From Chloroflexota bacterium (lineage in GTDB: Bacteria; Chloroflexota; Dehalococcoidia; Lucifugimonadales; Lucifugimonadaceae): 64,000 bases of DNA. Position numbers and translations under genes: made by a program. The notes under the pieces were generated by a model. The model had not been told where the DNA came from and searched no databases. It saw only the letters and a program-made list of their open reading frames with translations. This document shows positions 41,355-52,403 of the stretch, in pieces; the stretch's first letter is position 1, and each line of letters starts with the position of its first letter. The stretch covers positions 64,001 through 128,000 of the forward strand of contig PBHC01000005.1 in the NCBI GenBank assembly GCA_002719295.1, given 5' to 3'.

Positions 41355-42119
41355 ATGCTTAATATTTTTTTTACTAAATTACTTATTATTTCTATGTTTT
41401 TATTAGTTCTATTGATTTTTGCAGGATGCGACGATGATAGAACAAAAATTATTATGGTAGCTGCTTCATTAGAAGAAATAGTAAATAGTGAATACGTAGA
41501 TACTGTAGATAAAGATAAATTTTTTATAAATTATGGAGGCTCACTAAGCCTTGCAAGAAGAGTAGAGCAGAACCAAAAAAAAATTGGTGCTGTAATATTT
41601 GCATCTGATTATTCTATAGACCTGCTTGTCAAAAAAGGAATTATTGACAAAAAAAATATAAAAACTTTAGTTAATAACTCTTTGGTTTTAGCAACTAAAA
41701 ACAAAAATCAATCATATGAAGATTTTATGGATAAAATCAATAAAGGTTATCCTTATAAAATAGTCATTGCTGATGATAAATTAGCACCTGCAGGAAAATA
41801 CTCTATACAGATAGTAGATAAACTTTTTTCAGAGGATATAAAGAATAAAAATTTTATTTCTTCAGGAGATGTTTCTTATGTTTCTAATTTATTAATGTAT
41901 AAAGATGATTATTATGGGATTATTTATAAAACAGAAGCTATTAAGAATGATTTGGATATAATCTATGAATTTCCTAATCATCTACATGATGAAATTGTTT
42001 ATAAAATAGGGATTTTGAATCATAACAACAATCTATCAATTAATAATTTTATTGATAGACTTACTTCAAAGAATGCATTAATAAAATTGATTGATTTAGG
42101 ATTTAAGGTCGAAAAATGA
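41355..42119 (+). CDS. modA: Molybdate ABC transporter substrate-binding lipoprotein
   Basis: Lipobox FAGC, AASL, GGSLSL, NSLVL, APAGKY, IYKTEA. Confidence 0.85.
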   Translation: MLNIFFTKLLIISMFLLVLLIFAGCDDDRTKIIMVAASLEEIVNSEYVDTVDKDKFFINYGGSLSLARRVEQNQKKIGAVIFASDYSIDLLVKKGIIDKKNIKTLVNNSLVLATKNKNQSYEDFMDKINKGYPYKIVIADDKLAPAGKYSIQIVDKLFSEDIKNKNFISSGDVSYVSNLLMYKDDYYGIIYKTEAIKNDLDIIYEFPNHLHDEIVYKIGILNHNNNLSINNFIDRLTSKNALIKLIDLGFKVEK

Positions 42120-42739
42120 ATTATTTTGAAATCTTGATTACTACTTTGAAAATTGCTGTTACAGGTACTGCTATTTGCTTCTTTACTTCAATTTTAATGA
42201 TTCTTTTTGTAAAAAAATATGAAAAATTAAAAGGTTTTTTTGATTTTATTACAGCTCTACCTCTTGCTCTTCCTCCTGTTATTTCAGGATATTTTATTTT
42301 AATTGTTTCAGATGGAAACTTATCATTTGAATGGATAGGAGGTAGCCTCGCATGTGCTGTTATTTCTTTGCCATTAGTATACAGAATGATTTCAGTGACA
42401 ATATTAAGTATTGATCAAAAAATTATTAATACAGCAAAAATTCTTGGTTCTGATAACAAAAACACTTTTGCTTTCATTATTTTTCCTATGGTAAAAACGG
42501 GAATAATATCCGCTATATTTTTAGGGTTTATTAGATCAATAAGTGAATTTGGAGCAACTATGATTATTGCAGGGAATATTTCTGGTAAAACTCAAACTTT
42601 ATCAACTGCAATTTATACTTCAATTCAAAGTGGTGATAAGGAGTCTATATATATTTTGTCTTCACTATCAATATTAATTGCTATAATAACTATTTTTATT
42701 TTCAATTTTATAAATAAAAAAGATGGTGTTGGTCTATGA
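42116..42739 (+). CDS. modB: Molybdate ABC transporter permease
   Basis: LPLALPPVISGY, RSISEFGATMIIAGNISGKTQT. Confidence 0.92.
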   Translation: MNYFEILITTLKIAVTGTAICFFTSILMILFVKKYEKLKGFFDFITALPLALPPVISGYFILIVSDGNLSFEWIGGSLACAVISLPLVYRMISVTILSIDQKIINTAKILGSDNKNTFAFIIFPMVKTGIISAIFLGFIRSISEFGATMIIAGNISGKTQTLSTAIYTSIQSGDKESIYILSSLSILIAIITIFIFNFINKKDGVGL

Positions 42740-43695
42740 ACAATATTGATTTTAATATTATTTCAAATCTGGGTGATTTTAGATTGGAAGCCAAATCTGA
42801 ATTTTCTCAAGGTGTAAATTTTATTTGGGGTAGATCAGGTAATGGAAAATCGACATTATTAAATAATCTTGCAGGTTTTATAACTCCTGATGAAGGACAA
42901 ATAATAATTAATGAAAAAATATATTTTTCTTCAAATGAAAATATTAACGTACCTCCAAATAAAAGGCATATTTCATATGTTCAGCAGGAAGAAAAACTCT
43001 TCCCAAACTTTAATGTTTTAAAGAATATTGAATTTGGATTCAAATTTTTGAATAACATTCAAAAGAAAATAACACCATCCGAGATCATAGATCTTTTTGA
43101 AATTAGGCACCTTTTAGATTTTTATCCAACACAACTTTCTGGAGGCCAAAAACAAAAAGTAGCTTTGGCTAGAGCTCTAGCAAGAAATGGAAATGTCTTG
43201 ATGTTAGATGAACCATTAAATTCAATTGATTTTATTTCAAGTAAAAAAATTTTTGAAATAATTGAAAATCTTTCTAATGAGTTTAAATTGTGTGTACTTT
43301 ATATTACTCATTCTATTGATGAAATCTCTAGAACTAATAAAAATATTCTTTATGTAAATAATGGATATGCTAATGAAAAAAAGACAAAAAGTAGTATTTT
43401 AGAATTTTGGGAAGATGAAAATTTGTTGAATGACATTGATAATGGAAAATATTTTGAAAATTATTTTTCATCTAAAAGTGTGATGGTTTCAAAAAATAAA
43501 TTTTCGCACAATGATTTGGGATTTTATTTTTCTGGAGAAATAAAAGGAATAATTAAGAATGATAAATCTACTTTGATTAAAATAAAATCAGATAAAGATT
43601 ACTTTGTTTCACTAGATAATGAGATTTTTAGTAAACTAGAATTGAATAGAGAGGATAAAGTTTTTTGTTTTGTTTATAAAAACTTAGTTTTATGA
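42736..43695 (+). CDS. modC: Molybdate ABC transporter ATPase
   Basis: GRSGNGKST, VPPNKR, LSGGQKQ, LDEP; TOBE-like C-terminus. Confidence 0.88.
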   Translation: MNNIDFNIISNLGDFRLEAKSEFSQGVNFIWGRSGNGKSTLLNNLAGFITPDEGQIIINEKIYFSSNENINVPPNKRHISYVQQEEKLFPNFNVLKNIEFGFKFLNNIQKKITPSEIIDLFEIRHLLDFYPTQLSGGQKQKVALARALARNGNVLMLDEPLNSIDFISSKKIFEIIENLSNEFKLCVLYITHSIDEISRTNKNILYVNNGYANEKKTKSSILEFWEDENLLNDIDNGKYFENYFSSKSVMVSKNKFSHNDLGFYFSGEIKGIIKNDKSTLIKIKSDKDYFVSLDNEIFSKLELNREDKVFCFVYKNLVL

Positions 43696-44507
43696 GTTCA
43701 TTTAATAATAATCTAATTGAATCAGTAATTAATAAAAAATCTTTTTTAATTGTTGGTTTGGATCCTAGCCCAGAAAAAATGCCTATCAAAGATGTTTTTG
43801 AATTTAACAAAGAGATTATTGATAGTACTTATGATCTTGTTGTAGGTTATAAACCTCAATTAGCATATTATGAATCAACTGGTTTTGAAGGTCTAGAAGC
43901 TTTATATAAAACGGTAGATTACATTAAGAATTTACCTGAAAAAAAAATTCTAATTGGAGATTGTAAAAGATCTGATATTGATTCTACAAGTGAAGCTTAC
44001 GCAAGAGCTATGTTTGGGTTTTGGGATTTTGATGCTGTGACTATTGTACCTTTTTTTGGTTCAGATGGAATCAAGCCTTTTGTAGATTTCAAAGATAAGG
44101 GAATTTTTATTGTTTGTAAATCAAGTAATAAATCTGGAGGAGAGATTCAAGATTTTTATTCTGAAAAAAACAATATGACTCTTTTTGAAAATATTGCAAA
44201 TTTGTCAGATAAGTTAAATGTTAACAATAATGTTTGCTTGGTAATGGGAGCTACTTATCCAAGCGAATTAAAAATAGTGAGAAAAAAACATCCGCAATTG
44301 CCTTTTTTGATTCCAGGTTTAGGACATCAAAAAGGTGATTTGTCTGAAGTTATTGATAATGCAATAATTAATAATATTCCAAATATTTTAATCAACTCTT
44401 CTAGAGGAATAATTTATGCATCTGATGATCCAAATAAATTTGCAGAAATGGCAAGAGAAAAGGTTCAACAAATAAATACTCAGATAAATGACCTATATTC
44501 ATTTTAA
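43692..44507 (+). CDS. pyrF: Orotidine-5'-phosphate decarboxylase (type 2)
   Basis: VGLDP, YKPQ, DCKRSDI, GATYP, LIPGLG.Q, NSSRGI. Confidence 0.95.
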   Translation: MSSFNNNLIESVINKKSFLIVGLDPSPEKMPIKDVFEFNKEIIDSTYDLVVGYKPQLAYYESTGFEGLEALYKTVDYIKNLPEKKILIGDCKRSDIDSTSEAYARAMFGFWDFDAVTIVPFFGSDGIKPFVDFKDKGIFIVCKSSNKSGGEIQDFYSEKNNMTLFENIANLSDKLNVNNNVCLVMGATYPSELKIVRKKHPQLPFLIPGLGHQKGDLSEVIDNAIINNIPNILINSSRGIIYASDDPNKFAEMAREKVQQINTQINDLYSF

Positions 44508-44557
44508 AAAATGCTGAATTTTATTGACCAATATCCAAAAATAATTATTCTATAAAT

Positions 44558-45094
44558 ATGTACGAAATGATAGTAGACAGTCTAAAAATTAACGCAATGG
44601 GGCAAAGAGTAATGATCCTAAAGCAAAAATCAGGATCTTTGTATCTAGCAATATGGATTGCTGCAGCAGAAGCAGATGCAATTGCAATTAGGATGCAAAA
44701 AGTTGATGTCCCTAGGCCACTTACTCATGATCTTTTTTGCAATGCTATAGAAAAACTTGGAGGACAAATTAACAAAATTATAATTGATAATTTAGATTCA
44801 GGAACTTTTTTTGCAAAAATTTCTATGTCTATAAATGGTAAAGAAGTAGAATTAGATTCTCGTCCATCTGATGCAATGGTTATTGCACTTAAGCTAAATA
44901 TTCCTATTATGTGTGTAGCTAAAGTTATTGAAAAGGCTGGATTTCAAAAGTCCAACATGGATATAGACAAATCACATGATGAAAATGAAACTTCGGGTGA
45001 TGATGAAGATTCTTATTCTCCTATGGGAGAAAAAGAAAGAGAGAGATTATCTGTCTTTGAGTCATTTATTGATAGCTTGGATATAGATGAGTAA
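44558..45094 (+). CDS. Bifunctional nuclease family (DUF151) protein
   Basis: LAIWI...EA.AI, RPLTHDL, DSRPSDA. Confidence 0.92.
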   Translation: MYEMIVDSLKINAMGQRVMILKQKSGSLYLAIWIAAAEADAIAIRMQKVDVPRPLTHDLFCNAIEKLGGQINKIIIDNLDSGTFFAKISMSINGKEVELDSRPSDAMVIALKLNIPIMCVAKVIEKAGFQKSNMDIDKSHDENETSGDDEDSYSPMGEKERERLSVFESFIDSLDIDE

Positions 45095-45323
45095 AAATAA
45101 TAATAATGATGAAAATTCTAAGAGTACTATAATTTCTTCATTTTATTTGGCTGGCAAATATTTAGGTATGGGATGGATTATGATAACACCTATAGTAATT
45201 TTTACTTTTGGTGGCAATTTTTTAGATAATCGATTAAATCTTGGCTATTTTATGACCTTAATGGGTTTGATGATTGGACTTTTTGTAGGTATTATTTGTA
45301 CGGTTAGAATTTTAAAAAGCTAA
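45087..45323 (+). CDS. AtpZ/AtpI-family small ATP synthase accessory protein
   Basis: Two TM helices, G.FLD motif; first gene before atpB. Confidence 0.75.
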   Translation: MSKNNNNDENSKSTIISSFYLAGKYLGMGWIMITPIVIFTFGGNFLDNRLNLGYFMTLMGLMIGLFVGIICTVRILKS

Positions 45324-45345
45324 AAATAAGGAAAATTTAATTTAG

Positions 45346-46590
45346 ATGTTTCTTAAACCAAAAATAATTTTAATTCTTTCAGCTCTTTTATCTGTTTTTG
45401 TAATATCAACATTAGGTGGAGCTCTTGGTGATAGTTTTGGGTTTGGTTTTCTTGGTGGACCGATGCCATTTATTTCTATTGCAGCTGAAACAGTCTTGCA
45501 TATTTCAACACCCTTTTCTTATGATTTGAAAAACTCTACCATAATGCTTTGGATTGCAATGATAGTTATTATAACTTTGTCTTGGTTAGCAACAAGAAAT
45601 ATGAAAGAAATTCCTTCTGGTCTGCAAAATGTATTTGAACTTATTTTTCAATTTTGGATTGACACTGCGGATGAAGCGGGAGGGAAATCATCAAGAAGAT
45701 TCCTGCCTGTAGTTATAACTATTTTCTTAGGTGTTCTTATATTTAACTGGCTTGGAATACTTCCTGGAGTAGGATCAATTGGAAAAGTAGAAACAGTTGA
45801 AGAATGGGTACACCATCATTCACATTCAGGTCACTGTGGCGATGATTACAAGTCAGATCAAACTCTTGCTGAGTTATGTGTTCTAGAAGAAGATTATAAT
45901 CATGGATTCGTTGTTTTTGACACTAACGGTTCAATCAATATAATGCCACTTGGTAGAGGAGAGACAAGTAGAGCTCCTTTAAGTGCAATTGGAGGATATG
46001 TTCCTGACGATATAGTAAAAATCAAGAAAAAAATTAAAAGCGGAACTTCTCCTTCTGATATACCAGAGTTTGTACAGATACAAAAAAATATACATGACGG
46101 TAAAGTTGTAAATTTATATACTAAAGAATCTGATGGATCAATTAGCCCTAAATCATATTTAGGTAAAAACACAGGAGAGCTAATTCCATACTTCAGAGGT
46201 GCATCAACTGATGTAAATACTACCCTAGCGATAGCAATTTTTTCAATGATGGCTATCCAATTTTGGGGTTTTTCATCCCTTGGATTTAAAGGTTATGGTG
46301 GAAAATTTATTAATTTTTCACACGGTCCTATAAATGCATTTGTAGGGATACTTGAATTATTTGGTGAATTTGCTAAAACTATTAGTTTTACATTTAGGCT
46401 TTTTGGAAACATGTTTGCTGGTGAAATTGTGTTGATATCTATGGGATTTTTATTACCATTAATAGGTATGATGCCTTTTATGGGGCTTGAAATTTTTGTG
46501 GGTATGATTCAAGCCTTAATATTTTCAATGTTAACTTTAGTTTTTGGTGTAATGGCAGTAACATCTCACTCAGAGCATGATGACCATTAG
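45346..46590 (+). CDS. atpB: F0 subunit a with large internal insertion
   Basis: PSGLQN, NWLGILP, STDVNTT, SFTFRLFGNMFAGE, IQALIF; 414 aa. Confidence 0.95.
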   Translation: MFLKPKIILILSALLSVFVISTLGGALGDSFGFGFLGGPMPFISIAAETVLHISTPFSYDLKNSTIMLWIAMIVIITLSWLATRNMKEIPSGLQNVFELIFQFWIDTADEAGGKSSRRFLPVVITIFLGVLIFNWLGILPGVGSIGKVETVEEWVHHHSHSGHCGDDYKSDQTLAELCVLEEDYNHGFVVFDTNGSINIMPLGRGETSRAPLSAIGGYVPDDIVKIKKKIKSGTSPSDIPEFVQIQKNIHDGKVVNLYTKESDGSISPKSYLGKNTGELIPYFRGASTDVNTTLAIAIFSMMAIQFWGFSSLGFKGYGGKFINFSHGPINAFVGILELFGEFAKTISFTFRLFGNMFAGEIVLISMGFLLPLIGMMPFMGLEIFVGMIQALIFSMLTLVFGVMAVTSHSEHDDH

Positions 46591-46632
46591 GGGCAAATTG
46601 GGAAAAAAATAAATAAGTGAAGGGAGAAACAA

Positions 46633-46860
46633 ATGGCAAGTGAATGGCAACCAATAGGAGCTGCGTTATCAATGGGGTTAGGAGCAATTGGATCAGCTTT
46701 AGGGATTGGAATGTTAGCTAATGGAGCTTTACAATCTTTAGGAAGAAATCCTGAAGCTAGAGGGCCTATTCAGCAAAGTATGATTTTAGCTATTGCATTT
46801 ACAGAAGCGATTGCTATTTATGCTTTAGTTGTAGCCATATTAATACTGTTCGTTTTATAA
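46633..46860 (+). CDS. atpE: F0 subunit c (probably H+-type)
   Basis: RNPEA loop; FTEAIAIY has the carboxylate but not the Na+-type Q...ES signature. Confidence 0.97.
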   Translation: MASEWQPIGAALSMGLGAIGSALGIGMLANGALQSLGRNPEARGPIQQSMILAIAFTEAIAIYALVVAILILFVL

Positions 46861-46862
46861 GA

Positions 46863-46890
46863 TTTTCAGCTGAGATTTCTCAGCTGAAAA
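46863..46890 (+). promoter_or_regulatory. Intercistronic stem-loop between atpE and atpF
   Basis: TTTTCAGCTGAGA-TT-TCTCAGCTGAAAA, a perfect 13-bp inverted repeat. Confidence 0.75.
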
Positions 46891-46905
46891 AATAGGAGAT
46901 TAAAT

Positions 46906-47397
46906 ATGGAAGCATTAGGTATAAATTTATCAGTACTTATTACTCAGTTAGTAAGTTTTATAGTTTTGTTTTTAATACTTAGAAAACTTTTGTTTGGACC
47001 AATAAGCTCTATGCTTCAAAGTAGATCTGAAAAAATAAAAGAAAGCTTAGAAGCTGCTGAAAAAGTAAAAAATGAAGCTGATGAATCTGCTGAAAAATTA
47101 GAAAAAGAAATAAACATTGCAAGACAAGAAGGTCAGAAGCTTATTCAAGTTGCAAGAGATGCCGCGGAGAATTTTAGGCAGCAAGAGATAGAAAAAGCTG
47201 AACAAGAATCTCAAGAGATTATTTCAAAGGCAAATAAAGCAATTGAGAAAGAAAGAGATCTTGCAATACAAAGTGTTAGAAAAGAATTTTCTTCATTGGT
47301 AATTTCAGCTGCAACTAAAGTTGTTGATAAATCTATTGATGAAAAGGATCATAAAGATCTTATAGATAAAACACTAAAAGAAGAAATCAATAAGTAG
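46906..47397 (+). CDS. atpF: F0 subunit b
   Basis: MEALGIN...single TM helix followed by coiled coil; operon position. Confidence 0.96.
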   Translation: MEALGINLSVLITQLVSFIVLFLILRKLLFGPISSMLQSRSEKIKESLEAAEKVKNEADESAEKLEKEINIARQEGQKLIQVARDAAENFRQQEIEKAEQESQEIISKANKAIEKERDLAIQSVRKEFSSLVISAATKVVDKSIDEKDHKDLIDKTLKEEINK

Positions 47398-47403
47398 TAA
47401 GTT

Positions 47404-47946
47404 ATGGCAAGTTCAGTTATTAAAAGATTTGGAAAAGCGATACTAGATATTGCAAAAGAGAAAAAAAACACAGATGTTTGGATTGAAAATTTTACTAGTT
47501 CAAAAGACATTATGTCTGATGATGATTTGAAGTCCTTTCTGATTTCTCCTGAAGTTCCTAATTCTGAAAAATATAAATCTATTGACACATTATTTAAGGA
47601 TTATGATGAACTTTTTATAAATTTCTTAAAAGTTCTTATAACTAAAAGTCAAGTCAATTTTTATGAAGGAATTATGACTGAGTTTTTCAATCAAAATCAA
47701 ATCTCAGAGGGGAAAGTCTCAGCCACGATTACTTCATTTGTAGATTTGACAAAACAACAGGAAGAGCAAATTACAAAAAAAATATGTGATGTTTTCCAGG
47801 TAGAGGATGTTGATATAACTAAAAAAATAGATCAATCTATTCTGGGAGGATACATTATAAATGTGGGGGATACTATTATTGATTGCTCCACAAAAAACAA
47901 ACTAAATGATCTACAAGATCATTTATTAAGATCAACTGCATTATAA
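47404..47946 (+). CDS. atpH: F1 subunit delta
   Basis: IDQSILGGYIINVGDTIIDCS; operon position. Confidence 0.93.
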   Translation: MASSVIKRFGKAILDIAKEKKNTDVWIENFTSSKDIMSDDDLKSFLISPEVPNSEKYKSIDTLFKDYDELFINFLKVLITKSQVNFYEGIMTEFFNQNQISEGKVSATITSFVDLTKQQEEQITKKICDVFQVEDVDITKKIDQSILGGYIINVGDTIIDCSTKNKLNDLQDHLLRSTAL

Positions 47947-47961
47947 GTATGGAGAAAAATT

Positions 47962-49473
47962 ATGTCACCAAATAGCCAAGATATAGCATCAATAATAAAG
48001 AGTCAAATTGAAGAATTTGGCGGAGATTTCAGCATGGTTGATATAGGAACTGTTGTTGAAGCTGGAGACGGTGTTGTTACGATACACGGTTTATCAAGTG
48101 TCAAAGTAAACGAGTTATTGCAATTTCCAAATGATATTATTGGACTTGCATTGAACCTCGAAGAAGATACTGTGGGAGCTGTGGTTTTAGGAGATTTCCT
48201 CTCAATTAAAGAGGGAGATGAAGTTAGATCTACAGGTAGAATAGTAGAGGTCCCTGTTGGAGATAATATGCTTGGAAGAGTTATTGATCCTTTAGGCAGA
48301 CCATTAGATGGTAAAGGAGATGTTTCTTCATCTGAATCTTTGCCAGTGGAAAAAATTGCCGCAGGTGTTGTTGAAAGAAAATCAGTAGATCAACCTGTTC
48401 AATTTGGACTAAAAATAGTTGATGCAATGGTACCTGTTGGAAGAGGGCAAAGAGAACTTGTAATTGGAGATAGAACAACTGGAAAAACATCTCTTTGTGT
48501 AGACGCACTAATAAACCAGAAAGATTCAGATATCATTGGAGTTTATGTAGCTATAGGTCAAAAAGCATCCAAAGTAGCATCTGTTGTAACTAGACTTGAA
48601 GAACAAGGTGCTTTGGAAAATACAATCGTAGTTACTGCTAACGCATCAGATTCAGCTGCACTTCAATATTTAGCTCCATATGCAGGAGTTACAATGGCTG
48701 AGTATTTTATGTCTCAAGGTAAAGATGTATTAATTGTTTATGATGACCTTAGTAAGCATGCTTGGGCTTATAGGCAAATGTCTCTGTTATTAAGAAGGCC
48801 TCCTGGAAGAGAGGCTTATCCTGGAGATGTTTTTTATCTTCATTCAAGGCTGCTTGAGAGAGCTGCAAAACTTGATGATGCTTATGGTGGAGGATCAATA
48901 ACAGCTCTTCCTATTATTGAAACTCAAGCTGGTGATGTTTCAGGATATATCCCAACAAATGTTATTTCAATTACAGACGGTCAATTATATCTAGAACCTG
49001 ATTTATTTAACTCTGGAATTAGACCTGCAGTAAACGCTGGTTTGTCAGTTACAAGAGTTGGTTCATCAGCTCAAAGAAAAGCAATGAAAGAAGTTTCAGG
49101 TTCTCTTAAAGGTGAAATGGCTCAATATGATTCATTGAAAACTTTTGCTCAATTTGGAACTGATGATTTAGATGCAATAACAAAACAACAATTAGCAAGA
49201 GGAGAGAGACTAACTGAGCTATTGAAACAAAATGAAAATGAACCTCTTCCTTTTGAAAATCAAGTTTCTATTTTTTACGCTGCAAATCAAGGGGCTTTAG
49301 ATGATGTTGAAATAGAAAAAATTTCAGAATTTGAAAGAGGATGGTATGATTTTATATCTGCAAATATCCCAGATGTAATGAAAGCAATTTCTGATGAAGG
49401 TGAATTGTCAGATGAGACAAAAAAAGGATTAGATGGTGCAATTAAAACATATAAAGGAACCTTTGGGAATTAA
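47962..49473 (+). CDS. atpA: F1 subunit alpha
   Basis: [38 protein letters not shown]. Confidence 0.99.
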   Translation: MSPNSQDIASIIKSQIEEFGGDFSMVDIGTVVEAGDGVVTIHGLSSVKVNELLQFPNDIIGLALNLEEDTVGAVVLGDFLSIKEGDEVRSTGRIVEVPVGDNMLGRVIDPLGRPLDGKGDVSSSESLPVEKIAAGVVERKSVDQPVQFGLKIVDAMVPVGRGQRELVIGDRTTGKTSLCVDALINQKDSDIIGVYVAIGQKASKVASVVTRLEEQGALENTIVVTANASDSAALQYLAPYAGVTMAEYFMSQGKDVLIVYDDLSKHAWAYRQMSLLLRRPPGREAYPGDVFYLHSRLLERAAKLDDAYGGGSITALPIIETQAGDVSGYIPTNVISITDGQLYLEPDLFNSGIRPAVNAGLSVTRVGSSAQRKAMKEVSGSLKGEMAQYDSLKTFAQFGTDDLDAITKQQLARGERLTELLKQNENEPLPFENQVSIFYAANQGALDDVEIEKISEFERGWYDFISANIPDVMKAISDEGELSDETKKGLDGAIKTYKGTFGN

Positions 49474-49478
49474 AAAAA

Positions 49479-50339
49479 ATGCCTAGTACTAAAGAATTAA
49501 GAGCAAGAATTAAATCTGTTTCAAATACAGCCAAGGTTACTGGTGCAATGCAACTTATTGCAGCTTCAAAGATGAGGAGAGCCCAGCAAAATGTTTTGAT
49601 GGGTAAAAAGTATGCAGAAACTATTCAAAGTTTACTCTCAAATTTATCTTCATCTGTTGATTTAGAAAAAGTAAATATCCCTTTATTAGAAAATAGAGAA
49701 GTAAATAATAAGCTTATGATTTTAATTACACCTGACAGAGGTTTGGCAGGAGCTTTAGTGGGAAATATAAATAGGAAAGCAATAGAAGTTATTCAATATT
49801 CTGAAGAAAAATACAGTATCCTTTCTGTAGGTAGAAAAGGATATAGATTCTTAAATTCAAGAGATCAAGAAATAGTTGATCAACTTGAAATACCAGATAA
49901 ACCTGAAATGTCAGATACTTTAAAAGTTTCAGATTTTGCAATTGAAGGATTTTTAGAAGGTAAGTGGGATCAAGTTGATTTAGTTTATAGTGAATTTATA
50001 AATACAACTTCTCAGATTCCAAAAGTTCAAACTGTTTTACCTATTTCAAATAATGAAGAAACAGAAGAAGGTATAAGCGACTATATTTATGAACCTTCTG
50101 ATTATGAAGTTCTTATTGAACTTACTCCAAAATATGTAAGATCTCAAATATTTCAATCGATTCTTGAGTCATTTGCGAGTGAGCACTCCGCAAGGATGGT
50201 AGCTATGCAAAATGCTACAGATAATGCTAATGAATTAATTGGTGAATTGACTTTAGATCTCAATAAAGCAAGGCAAGAAACAATAACTGCAGAATTACTT
50301 GATTTAATAGGTGGAATTTCTGCACTAGAAGGAAAATAA
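49479..50339 (+). CDS. atpG: F1 subunit gamma
   Basis: KVTGAMQLIAASK, DRGLAG, SEHSARMVAMQNATDNA, NKARQ. Confidence 0.98.
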   Translation: MPSTKELRARIKSVSNTAKVTGAMQLIAASKMRRAQQNVLMGKKYAETIQSLLSNLSSSVDLEKVNIPLLENREVNNKLMILITPDRGLAGALVGNINRKAIEVIQYSEEKYSILSVGRKGYRFLNSRDQEIVDQLEIPDKPEMSDTLKVSDFAIEGFLEGKWDQVDLVYSEFINTTSQIPKVQTVLPISNNEETEEGISDYIYEPSDYEVLIELTPKYVRSQIFQSILESFASEHSARMVAMQNATDNANELIGELTLDLNKARQETITAELLDLIGGISALEGK

Positions 50340-51770
<1,431 letters not shown>

Positions 51771-51772
51771 AC

Positions 51773-52036
51773 ATGGCAGACAATATTAAGGTTAATATAG
51801 TATCGCCTAGTGGTGAAGTTTTTTCAGGAGAAGCTGTTAGCGTTCAAGTTCCTGGTTCTTTAGGTCAAATGACAATATTGCCAAAACATGCTGCAATTTT
51901 GTCTTCATTATCTAAAGGGACAATAACTGTAAATACAACCCAAGGAAAAAATACGGATTTCGTAATTGAATCAGGGTTTATAGAAAATATTAATGATTCT
52001 TTAACGATAATTATAGAAAATATTATAGAAAATTAG
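51773..52036 (+). CDS. atpC: F1 subunit epsilon (N-terminal beta-sandwich only)
   Basis: IVSP, PGSLGQMTILPKHA; ends at 87 aa. Confidence 0.93.
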   Translation: MADNIKVNIVSPSGEVFSGEAVSVQVPGSLGQMTILPKHAAILSSLSKGTITVNTTQGKNTDFVIESGFIENINDSLTIIIENIIEN

Positions 52037-52048
52037 TTTTTTTTGTAC

Positions 52049-52204
52049 TTAAGCTACTTTAGGTTGAGTTTTCCTAAGTAATTCTAAAGCTTCTGATTTA
52101 GAAATTTCTTTACTGCACTGAATGCATGATAAATGAAATTTTCCATCGTAATCAGTATTTATTTCAATATCTCCGCCACATGGGCAACATTTAGAATAAA
52201 TCAC
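52049..52204 (-). CDS. Small Zn-ribbon-like protein (51 aa), not in ORF track
   Basis: GTG start after SD GAAGGA; MIYSKCCPCGGDIEINTDYDGKFHLSCIQCSKEISKSEALELLRKTQPKVA. Confidence 0.75.
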   Translation of the reverse strand: MIYSKCCPCGGDIEINTDYDGKFHLSCIQCSKEISKSEALELLRKTQPKVA

Positions 52205-52353
52205 TATTGTTTTCCTTCTTAATATTTATATTTTCCAAGAAATTATAATATACGTGCTTTTAAAAATAATCAAGCAAATAAAAATATAATTCGTTAACAA
52301 AATGTAAACTTTTTTTTTAACAGAAATATTTGATCGATTTCGTAAATATAGAA

Positions 52354-52383
52354 ATTGACACATGTCGTGTTAAGTATTATTAT
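52354..52383 (+). promoter_or_regulatory. Promoter TTGACA-N17-TATTAT with overlapping HAIR-like inverted repeat
   Basis: Perfect -35 (52355-52360), -10 at 52378-52383; ATTGACA-N7-TGTTAAG overlaps the -35. Confidence 0.75.
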
Positions 52384-52403
52384 ATGTCTTAAGGGAGTTT
52401 TAT

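Noticed and set aside
45835..46173. Intein in atpB (Cys ... Asn-Thr)
   Set aside because: The span is shorter than typical mini-inteins, with no TxxH block and no penultimate His.
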